From positions 2,093,395 through 2,157,394 of the forward strand of contig OZ252022.1 of the NCBI GenBank assembly GCA_965247615.1: DNA of 64,000 nucleotides, given 5' to 3'. The notes under the pieces were generated by a model, which was not told the origin of the DNA, ran no database searches, and saw only the letters and a list, made by a program, of their open reading frames with translations. Source of the DNA: Dehalococcoidia bacterium (GTDB taxonomy: Bacteria; Chloroflexota; Dehalococcoidia; Lucifugimonadales; UBA1127). Of the stretch, positions 26,605 through 34,997 are shown in pieces. The translations under genes were made by a program, and so were the position numbers. The stretch's first letter is position 1, and each line of letters begins with the position of its first letter.

Positions 26605-28113
26605 ATGACGCCAACCGACCTGTACCTCCTCACCCCAGAGATCAGCATGGTGGTCTTGGCCGCTGCCGTCGTGGCCCTTGACCTCCTGGGCGGTCGGCCG
26701 GGCCTCCTCACCGCCAAGGTCCTCTCCGGACTCCTCGTACCCGCCGCCCTTACTGCCATGCTCTGGGGCGAGGTCGCCGGGTGGTGGAGCCTCGCCGGCG
26801 GCTTGCCGGACCGCACCGCCGGTCAGGCCATCGTCGGCATCTACGGCACCCTGTCCGTCGACCACTTCGCCCTCTTCTTCAAGTTCCTCTTCATAGGCAC
26901 GGCGGCCCTCGTCATCCTCGCCTCGGCCGGCGCTGAGGGGCGCATCCGACGCCTGCGGGCCGAGTACTATGCCCTCATCCTTCTCTCCACCACCGGCATG
27001 ATGCTGCTGGCCGCCGGCACGGAGCTCATCACGCTGTACATCGGCCTGGAACTCTCCGCCCTGCCCATTGTCGCCCTGGTGGCCCTCATGGGAGACTCGC
27101 GCTCCGCGGAGGCCGGAATCAAGCTCCTCCTGCTCGGCGCCATCAGCTCTGCGGTGCTCCTTTACGGCATGGTGCTCACTTTCGGCTTCACCGGTACCAC
27201 CCACCTGGCAGACATCGCCGCGCGAGTTGTTCCCGGCGGCAGTCCCTTCGGCGAGCCCCTCCTCCTCCTCGCAATCGTCCTCATCGTCGCCGGCTTCGGC
27301 TTCAAGATCGCCGCAGTGCCATTCCAGATGTGGGTCCCCGACGTGTACGAGGGCGCGCCCACACCCATCACCGCCTACCTCTCCGTCGCCAGCAAGGCGG
27401 CTGGGTTCGCCGTGCTGCTCCGCGTCTTCTACACCGCCTTTGGCAACCTGCAACTGGACTGGGGGCTCCTCTTCGCCGCCATCGCCACCGCCTCCATGAC
27501 CGTCGGCAACCTGGTGGCCGTCGCCCAGACCAACATCAAGAGGCTCCTCGGCTACAGCACCATCGCCCACGCGGGCTACATCCTCGTCGGTCTGGCCGCC
27601 GTCGCCGCGCGCGCCGACGACGCACCGGGCATCGGCCCCAACACCCTCGTCTTCTACCTCGTCGGCTACGCCTTCACCAACCTGGCCGCCTTCACCGCCA
27701 TCATCGCCATCACCAACAAGACCGGCAGCGAGACCATCGCCAGCTTCTCCGGCATGGGCCAACGCGCGCCCTTCCTCGCCCTCGTCCTGTCCATCGGCCT
27801 CGTCTCCCTGACCGGCATCCCCCCCACGGTCGGCTTCATGGCCAAGCTGTTCATCTTTAGCGCCGCCGTTAACGCCGACCTCGCCTGGCTGGCCCTCGTG
27901 GGCCTGATCAACAGTATCGTCTCCGCCTACTACTACCTCCGCGTCGTTCGGATCATGTACCTGGAAGCGCCCGCATCCGGGGAGCCCATAGCGCCGCCCC
28001 TCCTCCTGCGCTTTGCCGTCGCCTTCTCCGCCCTCGGCGTGCTTGTTCTGGGCATCTGGCCAAGCGCCCTGCTGTCCATCGCGGAGCAGGCGGCCCGGGT
28101 GCTTCTCGCCTAG
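26605..28113 (+). CDS. nuoN: NADH-quinone oxidoreductase subunit N
   Basis: ...GFKIAAVPFQMWVPDVYEGAPTPITAYL..., last gene of the operon. Confidence 0.95.
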   Translation: MTPTDLYLLTPEISMVVLAAAVVALDLLGGRPGLLTAKVLSGLLVPAALTAMLWGEVAGWWSLAGGLPDRTAGQAIVGIYGTLSVDHFALFFKFLFIGTAALVILASAGAEGRIRRLRAEYYALILLSTTGMMLLAAGTELITLYIGLELSALPIVALVALMGDSRSAEAGIKLLLLGAISSAVLLYGMVLTFGFTGTTHLADIAARVVPGGSPFGEPLLLLAIVLIVAGFGFKIAAVPFQMWVPDVYEGAPTPITAYLSVASKAAGFAVLLRVFYTAFGNLQLDWGLLFAAIATASMTVGNLVAVAQTNIKRLLGYSTIAHAGYILVGLAAVAARADDAPGIGPNTLVFYLVGYAFTNLAAFTAIIAITNKTGSETIASFSGMGQRAPFLALVLSIGLVSLTGIPPTVGFMAKLFIFSAAVNADLAWLALVGLINSIVSAYYYLRVVRIMYLEAPASGEPIAPPLLLRFAVAFSALGVLVLGIWPSALLSIAEQAARVLLA

Positions 28114-28246
28114 TGTCCCGCGGCGCCATCCACCGGAGTTCCAACAACGCTGCCCAGGTCAGCGGGAAATCGACCAAGTCCAGGAGCGGAACCCGGTGTA
28201 TTATCCTCTTACGGCCATTCCACAAACCCACGGTAGATAGCGAAAA

Positions 28247-29104
28247 ATGAGCTCCACCGGCATCGTCTACAGTCCCTGGGTCCCAGGCGCCGACCAGATC
28301 GCCAACACCCTTGCTCGCCGCGTCAGCCGCGATGACGGAGCATGGGTCGCCTCGCTCCTCGACGTGGAAGGCAAGGCGGCCCTCCCCGCGGACACCGGCC
28401 TCCTCGTCACCGTCGGCGGCGACGGCACCATCCTGCGCGTCGTGCGCGCCACCGCCCCATCCGAAGTCCCCCTCGTCGGCGTGAACATGGGCCGCGTCGG
28501 CTTCATGACCGAGCTCTCCGCCGCCGAAGCACCGGACCGCATCGCCGCATACGCCCGCGGCGAAGGCTGGCTGGAAGAACGTACCTTGCTCGAGGCCCAA
28601 ATCCTATCCGCCGGCGCCCACAGTCCAGACCCCGCCAAGAAGGCCGGCCTCCTCCTTGGCTTGAATGAAGCCGTCGTCGGCTCCCGCGGCCTGGCCCGTC
28701 TGGTCCACGTCGACGTCTGCGTGGACGGTCACCTCGTCGCCACCTACTCCTGCGACGCCGTAGTCGTGGCCACCGCCACCGGCAGCACCGGCTACGCCCT
28801 CTCCGCGGGAGGTCCCATCCTCTACGGCGAGTCCCAGTCTCTCCTCATCAAGCCCGTCTCACCGCAGCTCAGCCTGAATTCGGCCCTCGTCCTCCATCCC
28901 GACCGCGTCGTAGAGATGACCACCCGGACCAACGGCCAGGCCGCCCTCTGCGTCGACGGCTTCGTCGACGTAGACCTGGCCCATGGCGACGTCGTCCGCG
29001 TCCAGCGAAGCCCCCACACCGCGCGCTTCCTGCGCTCCGACCCTCGCCCCCGGCTACCTGAGGCCCTGACCCAGCGCCTCGGCTCGCCCCCTAGGTCCAC
29101 CTAG
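28247..29104 (+). CDS. nadK: NAD kinase
   Basis: GGDGTILRV, NMGRVGFM, ATATGSTGYALSAGGPI motifs. Confidence 0.92.
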   Translation: MSSTGIVYSPWVPGADQIANTLARRVSRDDGAWVASLLDVEGKAALPADTGLLVTVGGDGTILRVVRATAPSEVPLVGVNMGRVGFMTELSAAEAPDRIAAYARGEGWLEERTLLEAQILSAGAHSPDPAKKAGLLLGLNEAVVGSRGLARLVHVDVCVDGHLVATYSCDAVVVATATGSTGYALSAGGPILYGESQSLLIKPVSPQLSLNSALVLHPDRVVEMTTRTNGQAALCVDGFVDVDLAHGDVVRVQRSPHTARFLRSDPRPRLPEALTQRLGSPPRST

Positions 29105-29269
29105 CACTCGCCAGGCGCGCTCCTACGTTCAGAGGCTCAGCCCGCTGCCACGATACGGACGCTGTGTCCCTGCCCCTTCGAGGGTCGGGGGCTGACAAAT
29201 CAATCTGGCGGAGACCCCTGCCGCCCAATACACTGTTAATCGGCGGCAACCCAGCCATCACGCAAGGAG

Positions 29270-29967
29270 GTGCAGATAGAAGTCACCAGGCACGAACCGG
29301 GGATGTTCCGTTGGGCCGACCTCGCTACGCCGGACGTAGCAGGCTCCAAGAAGTTCTACACCGAGCTCCTGGAGGTTGACTCCACCGACGTGGTGGCCGG
29401 ACCGGACGCCTTCTACACCATCCTCAACAAGAACGGCAGGTCCACCTGCGCCATCTACCAGATGGACGAAGAGATGCAGCAGATGATGCGGGGTCAGGCC
29501 GCCTGGCACAGCTACTTCACGGTGGAGAGCGCGGACGACGCCTTCTCCGTCTCGCAGCCCAAGAGCGAGATCGGCGCCCAGATCTTCGGCGAACCCGGCG
29601 CCCTCGCATGGAACGAGCTCTATACCCACGACACGGACGACGCCGAAAGTTCTACGCCGGCCTCTTTGGCTGGTCCGCCAACAAGACTGCCTCTGCGGAC
29701 GGCGGAGACTACGTCGAGTACAAGCTCGGCGGCAAGTCGGCCGCGGGGATGATGGCCATCCGCAAGGAGTGGGGCGAGGTCCCCGCCTACTGGGCCATAT
29801 ACCTCGCCGTCGCCGACCTGAACGCCTCCAGGGACCGGGCGAAGAAGCTCGGCGCCAGGGAGATCACGCCCATGCTGGAGGTCCCGGACGTTGGCAGGTT
29901 TATCTTCATCCAGGACCCGAAGGGCGCCTACGTCACCATGATCCAAATCACACGCGGCGCAGCCTAG
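29270..29967 (+). pseudogene. Two-domain VOC/glyoxalase gene disrupted by a 1-nt frameshift (and probably an internal deletion)
   Basis: ORF 29270..29752 (…FRWADLATPDVAGSKKFYTELL…ALAWNELYTHDTDDAE) continues in ORF 29608..29967 (…KFYAGLFGW…VGRFIFIQDPKGAYVTMIQ) after a -1 shift in the A-run 29646-29648. The N-domain lacks about 33 residues present in the C-domain. The GTG start overlaps its own SD. Confidence 0.75.
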
Positions 29968-30045
29968 CCACACGGCCGCCCCACTGCTCCGCCGCGCTCC
30001 CGGCGCTGGTGCGACCAGGCAACCGGGACCGGCGCCGCTTCACAA

Positions 30046-31692
30046 CTATGAAGCGGCGCGCTCCTCGCCTGTCGGTCCCTCCGCGGCTTCCGGCGCGGTC
30101 CCAGGTTGCGGGGATGCTTCCGGTTCCTGTGGCGGTTGGGGTGCCGGGGGCGACTGGGGCGGCGGCGGCTCCGGTCGGCTTGGCCGCCGGGCGCTCGCAC
30201 GGGCCGCGTAGCGCCTGGCCAGGTAAATGCCGCCGGCGCCCACCAGTATCACGGGGCTGAATACCGCTAGCCAGATGACGACCACCGTCGCCGCCCGCCC
30301 AACAACCGAAAGGGCGCGCACGGCCTCCTTGGTGGTGCCGCCCACGTCCCACCCACCAACAATGAATCTCTCCGCCTCCGTCACCCTCACGGAGATTCCA
30401 TCGCTGCCGGACACTCTGCCCGCGTCGCTCGTGGCGCTGACCCTCAGCGTCACCCTGTACGCGGAGGGTCGGTAGTCGGTGAACGTGTGCTCAACCTCTA
30501 TCCGCGTCGCCCCCTCCTCAACTGCCCCCTGCTGCGTGGGCGACCCGTCGCCAAATTCCCACGCATACTCGTAGTCCTGCAGCTCCGCTGGCCTCGTGAA
30601 TGAGGCACTGTACACCTGCTTGTCACCCTCCTCCACCGTCCGGGCGTCGCCGGCGAACACCTCGATCTCGGGCACCCGGCTCACCGACACCAGCAGGCTG
30701 TCGCTCCCCTCAGCCAGCCCGCCCTCGCCCGAGCCCGTGAGCGTGACTGTCGCGATGTACGGCGAGTCCAGATCATCGTTGTACGTGTGGCTGACCGTGG
30801 CTGTCACGCGTCCCCCGCCCAAAACTGGCGCGCTGCCGGCGCCCCTCAGAGTCGTGCCATCGCCGAAGTCCCAGACAAACGAGAAATCACCTATGTCCCG
30901 CGGCGCGTTGAACATCGCCCGGAACCGCTTCGCGTCTCCAACTCTGACGGCGCTGTCGGGTCCGGCGTCCACCTGGAGCGCCGCGGGCGCGAGCCGTAGG
31001 AATACCTCGATGAGCGAAAACGCCGCAGTCTGCCGCAGGAAGTTCAGCCGACCCTGAGTCTCTTCGATCCGCTCCTGAAGCGCAGCGATCTCTTTCTGGA
31101 CAAGGAGGGCATCCTCCACGTCCTCCGCCCGTTCCAGAAAGGACAGCAACCGCACCTCCGTGGCCCGCATGCTCACCAGCCGCGCCTCGCTGTCTACGAA
31201 CTCGTCGGTAACGTCCTGGCTCGTCACCGCGCGGGATTCCGTATCGAGCGCCATCCCCTCCAACCGGCTGAAAGCCTCCTCAAGCAAATGGGCCGGCACC
31301 CGGATAGCTATCGACCCGCTGTGCCTCGACGACCGGTCCGAGCTCACCACCCAGCCACCAAACTCGCTGGCAACGTCCGCCGCCCTGTCGATGGACGCCG
31401 CCACGTCGCCCACCACCAGCGACAATCGCGCCGTGTGCACGATGATCCGGTTCTGCGCAAAGGACGCCAGCTGCGCCCTGGCGGCGCCGTCCTCAGCCCC
31501 AATGACCAGAAGTGGCGCCGACGTGGGTTGGACCGCCGGCCGCTCTCCTGCAGGCACTGCCTGCTCCGCGGGGGCCGCGGGGCGCGGCTGTTGGGGGGCA
31601 CTAGCACTATTTTCCACGCTGCCGGCGCAACCCCAGACCACTGTTGCCAGCACTGCCGCCAAAGCCAAGAGCGCCCCAACACGCAGCTTCAT
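30046..31692 (-). CDS. Lipoprotein with DUF4349 domain, two PKD-like repeats, a C-terminal TM helix and a Pro-rich tail
   Basis: Signal/lipobox MKLRVGALLALAAVLATVVWGC. DUF4349-like segment (…RIIVHTARLSLVV…LVQKEIAALQERIEETQGRLNFL…). WDFGDG and WEFGDG PKD signatures. TM VVVIWLAVFSPVILVGAGGIYLA. Tail PSRPEPPPPQSPPAPQPPQEP. Confidence 0.8.
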   Translation of the reverse strand: MKLRVGALLALAAVLATVVWGCAGSVENSASAPQQPRPAAPAEQAVPAGERPAVQPTSAPLLVIGAEDGAARAQLASFAQNRIIVHTARLSLVVGDVAASIDRAADVASEFGGWVVSSDRSSRHSGSIAIRVPAHLLEEAFSRLEGMALDTESRAVTSQDVTDEFVDSEARLVSMRATEVRLLSFLERAEDVEDALLVQKEIAALQERIEETQGRLNFLRQTAAFSLIEVFLRLAPAALQVDAGPDSAVRVGDAKRFRAMFNAPRDIGDFSFVWDFGDGTTLRGAGSAPVLGGGRVTATVSHTYNDDLDSPYIATVTLTGSGEGGLAEGSDSLLVSVSRVPEIEVFAGDARTVEEGDKQVYSASFTRPAELQDYEYAWEFGDGSPTQQGAVEEGATRIEVEHTFTDYRPSAYRVTLRVSATSDAGRVSGSDGISVRVTEAERFIVGGWDVGGTTKEAVRALSVVGRAATVVVIWLAVFSPVILVGAGGIYLARRYAARASARRPSRPEPPPPQSPPAPQPPQEPEASPQPGTAPEAAEGPTGEERAAS

Positions 31693-32456
31693 TTCTTATG
31701 CCCTCCTGAACGTCGCCGAGTCTCAATCATACTACCCACACCGCATAGACCCGGAAAGCTGCGCGCTGGTTCCCGTCTCGCGGCCAGCGCGGGCCGCATC
31801 GGCGGCACGTAGCCGCACCGCCCCAACGCCGCGCCGGGCGGCCGTACGGTCGCGGGCCCTGCCCAACCGATCCGCCAACGCCCCCTCTGGCGTATTCTAT
31901 TGAAAGTGTGCCATCGCCCGGTAACCGCTTCGGTCGGCAGGGCCATGCTATACTGCAACCAGCAAGCCTGATGGACGGTCAATGAATGGGACCCCAAACG
32001 GCTGAGGCAGACGCCCGCGCGCCCCACCTCCACTGGCGATGGCGGCGTCCCTTCCTGGGATCAGACCGCGGCTGCGGTACGCCGTGCGCTGGGGCTCTGT
32101 ACGTTGGCCCTCCCTCGGCGCCGCTTTCGTGTTGAATCTCGCGCCGGTCGCCGCGGCACGTGGCCAACTTGGGCTCCACCCTGTCCCCCAAATCCTTGCA
32201 GAGAACCCCTTCCAACCGGCATGCCGAAAGGACAATGCCCCGGCGCACTCTTTCCACCGCGTTCCCCATCCCCGCGGCCACCCCATGCAGAGCCCCCTGG
32301 GTTGAACGAATAGCCGTAGAAGTTTCAAGATCGCGCAGGGAATGAGACCTGTATACTGCCCTATGTGCGGAAGAGCCCGAGGACCATTGGAGCGGGTCGG
32401 GCCGCCTCCCTTGACGTGGGGTCGATAATGCTGCCTGCGATTGCGAGAGGCCAACG

Positions 32457-33470
32457 TTGCCCGTCCCACCCGTGATTTCCACCCGCGTCCTCAAGAACCG
32501 GACCCTCGTGCACGCACTCCACACAGCACGGGAAATCCTGCATGACGATGACGACAAAGGGTCCACCACACGCACACTTCAGTCACGGATCATCAAGAAT
32601 CCGGTCTTCCTGCTGGCATGGCGCACAATTCGGGAGTTCATGCAGGACGACGGCCCGCACATGGCCGCCGGTGTCGCATACTACGCCATCCTCTCGCTCT
32701 TCCCCTTGATCGTGGGCCTCATCGCCCTCCTCGGCCCAGTCCTGGAATCGGACATTGTCAAGACGGGGCTCATCCGCTTCTTTCACTCCTACGTTCCCGG
32801 CTCCACGGTGACCGTTGAGGCCAACATCGCGTCCGTGGGACGTCTGCGAAGCGAGTTGGGCTTGCTGAGCCTCCTTGGACTTTTCTGGACCTCCTTCGCC
32901 ATCTTCGGCGCCATCAGCAGGTCCATGAACCGCGCCTATGACTCCCGCCGCAAACGGCCATTCTATATTGAGAAGCTGCGCCACATGGGAATGTCCATTG
33001 GAGTGGGCGTTCTGTTCCTCCTCTCCGTCACCGCAACAACCTTCCTGCAGTTCCTCGATAACCTTAACCTCCCTTTTCTCAGCCGGCTCGCCTTCCTGGA
33101 AAACGCGGCCATTAACGCTGCCGCAAGGCTGCTGCCATTCTTCCTCAGCTTGACCATCTTCATCCTGGTCTATAGGCTCGTCCCCAGCGTCCGGACCCGC
33201 TGGACCTACATCTGGCCCGGCGCCCTCTTCGCGGCCATCTGCTTCGAGCTGAGCAAGAGCCTCTTCGCATACTACGTCGACAACTTCGCCAAGTACGATC
33301 TCATCTACGGCTCCCTTGGTTCGGTTGTCGCTCTCCTCATATGGGCCTATGCGTCCGCCCTGATCCTCATCCTCGGCGCGGAGCTCTCCTCGGTGTACGG
33401 CCGCACGCGAGAGGCCGTCATGCGCGTCCATCCCGTTGAGGCTCACCACCGGCCAAAGAAGTCCCTCTAG
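32457..33470 (+). CDS. YihY/BrkB (virulence factor BrkB / RNase BN-like) family membrane protein
   Basis: …AWRTIREFMQDDGPHMAAGVAYYAILSLFPLIVGLIALLG… is the family hallmark. The start is uncertain: only TTG 32457, GTG 32472 or GTG 32508 are available upstream of the domain, and none has an RBS. Confidence 0.8.
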   Translation: MPVPPVISTRVLKNRTLVHALHTAREILHDDDDKGSTTRTLQSRIIKNPVFLLAWRTIREFMQDDGPHMAAGVAYYAILSLFPLIVGLIALLGPVLESDIVKTGLIRFFHSYVPGSTVTVEANIASVGRLRSELGLLSLLGLFWTSFAIFGAISRSMNRAYDSRRKRPFYIEKLRHMGMSIGVGVLFLLSVTATTFLQFLDNLNLPFLSRLAFLENAAINAAARLLPFFLSLTIFILVYRLVPSVRTRWTYIWPGALFAAICFELSKSLFAYYVDNFAKYDLIYGSLGSVVALLIWAYASALILILGAELSSVYGRTREAVMRVHPVEAHHRPKKSL

Positions 33471-33618
33471 CGGCCGCGCCCCTCCGCACACCACCTGAAG
33501 GCGGGCCTCTGCTTCGTCCGCCCCCCACAGATGCCCCCATGCGGCGGCCCCGCCGCAAACTCTCGACACTGTCCCACCCTGCGTTCATAATCTCATCAGC
33601 ACTCATAGGAGGCACACC

Positions 33619-34233
33619 ATGGCCGAGGACATAGGTCTCTTCGAAGCCATCAACACCCAGCGCGCCCTGCGCTACCTCAAGCCGGATCCCGTGCCCGACG
33701 ATCTCGTCAAGCGCGTCATCGACGCCGGCATCCGCGCCCCCAACGGCGGCAACGAGCAGCGCTGGGCCTTCGTCGTCATCAAGGACCCGGAAATCAAGCG
33801 CAGGATGGCCCCCCTCTACGGCGGCGTCGGCCGGCCCGACCATGGCCCCGCCGAGTCGACCTCCGCCCAGCGTGCAACCGCCTCCTCCGACTACCTCGGC
33901 GAGCACGCCGCCGAGGTGCCCGTCTGGATCCTCGCCTGCATCCAGAACCCCGGCACGGACATCAGCAACGGCGCATCCATCTACCCCGCCGTCCAGAACA
34001 TGCTGCTGGCCGCCAGGGCCCTGGGCCTCGGCAGCGTCCTCACCACCCGCGTCCGCCGCGGCTACGAATCCGAAATCAAACAGTGGCTCGGCATTCCGGA
34101 CGGCTGGGCCACCGCCGCCATGATCCCTCTCGGCTGGCCCCAGGATGGCCACCGCTACAGGCCCACCACGCGCCATCCCGCCTGGGAGGTGACCCATTGG
34201 GACCGCTGGGGCGCACAGCGTCCGGAGGAATAG
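33619..34233 (+). CDS. Nitroreductase-family (FMN) oxidoreductase
   Basis: …INTQRALRYLKPDPVPDDLVKRVIDAGIRAPNGGNEQRWAFVVI… RBS AGGAGG. Confidence 0.88.
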   Translation: MAEDIGLFEAINTQRALRYLKPDPVPDDLVKRVIDAGIRAPNGGNEQRWAFVVIKDPEIKRRMAPLYGGVGRPDHGPAESTSAQRATASSDYLGEHAAEVPVWILACIQNPGTDISNGASIYPAVQNMLLAARALGLGSVLTTRVRRGYESEIKQWLGIPDGWATAAMIPLGWPQDGHRYRPTTRHPAWEVTHWDRWGAQRPEE

Positions 34234-34329
34234 GCCCCTGCCGTCCGGCCCGAACCCTCGTGGGAGGCCGTCCGAGAGTGCCGCGCCTCCGACATGCGCC
34301 ACCAATCCTCATTCAAGAGGCGTGACACC

Positions 34330-34866
34330 ATGCAGCAAGAGCTCCTCCTCAAGAGCCGGCGCGTCTTCGATGGCCGTGTCGTCAGCCTCCGCGTCGATGC
34401 CACCCGGGTCCTCAAAGGCGGCGCCGCCATCGAGGCCACGCGGGAGGTCGTCGAACACGCGCCCACCATCGTCGTCGTTCCCCTGGACGGCCACGGCAAC
34501 GTCCTCCTCGTCGAGCAGTACCGCCACGCCACCGGCGAGACCCTCCTGGAGGCGCCCGCAGGCGGCATGGAGCCCGGCGAAAGCCCAGAGGACGCCGTGA
34601 CTCGCGAGCTTCAGGAAGAGACCGGCTGCGCACCCGGTGAGCTCCAGCGCCTCACCTCCTTCTGGATCGCCCCGGGATGGTGCACCGAGTACATGCACGC
34701 CTACGTCGCCCGCGGCCTCACCCCCTCCCCGCTCCCCCAAGACGAGGATGAGGACGTGCGCGTCGCCCCGGTGCCCCTTGATAGCGTGCCGGGCCTCATC
34801 CGGGATGGCCGCATCCGGGATGCCAAGAGCATCGCCGCCCTTCTCATGTTTCTCTGCGCCCAATGA
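34330..34866 (+). CDS. NUDIX hydrolase (ADP-ribose pyrophosphatase-like)
   Basis: Nudix box GGMEPGESPEDAVTRELQEETG. ATG 34330 inside ORF 34294..34866. Confidence 0.88.
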   Translation: MQQELLLKSRRVFDGRVVSLRVDATRVLKGGAAIEATREVVEHAPTIVVVPLDGHGNVLLVEQYRHATGETLLEAPAGGMEPGESPEDAVTRELQEETGCAPGELQRLTSFWIAPGWCTEYMHAYVARGLTPSPLPQDEDEDVRVAPVPLDSVPGLIRDGRIRDAKSIAALLMFLCAQ

Positions 34867-34921
34867 CGCACCCGGCCCACGCACTGCCCCACGACTCCAC
34901 CATCACTGCCCCCGCAAACCG

Positions 34922-34950
34922 TTGTTGCCGCCGCCACACCCTGGTATAGT
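34922..34950 (+). promoter_or_regulatory. Sigma70-like promoter candidate for the sdh operon (extended -10)
   Basis: TTGTTG (34922-34927), 17-nt spacer, TGgTATAGT (-10 at 34945-34950), 48 nt before ATG 34998. Confidence 0.5.
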
Positions 34951-34997
34951 GTCTGTGACGATAATCGCAACCCAGCCCACAGCAGGAAAAGACCCCC

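Noticed and set aside
32091-32307. 9-bp long-range complementarity GGGGCTCTG (32091-32099) / CAGAGCCCC (32299-32307) as evidence of RNA structure
   Set aside because: In a 764-nt GC-rich stretch, about one such 9-mer match is expected by chance. On its own it is not evidence.
31950-32330. Possible tmRNA on the minus strand. A reading frame there ends …ANVQSPSARRTAAAV*, which superficially resembles an Ala-rich tag.
   Set aside because: There is no tRNA-like 5' GGGG…/3' T-arm (GGTTCGAnTCC…CCACCA) and no resume-codon context. The 5' and 3' ends cannot form an acceptor stem.
32411-32429. TTGACG … GATAAT as the yihY promoter
   Set aside because: The spacer is only 7 nt, which is incompatible with sigma70-type geometry.
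31693-32456. Possible RNase P RNA (AAUGAAUGGGACCCCAAACGGCUGA at about 31981 faintly resembles the AUGAAUG…ACAGAACCCGGCUUA region)
   Set aside because: The universally conserved P4 strand GAGGAAAGUCCGGGC is absent on both strands. The resemblance would also put the 3' end of the RNA only about 290 nt from the neighbouring gene start, which is too short.
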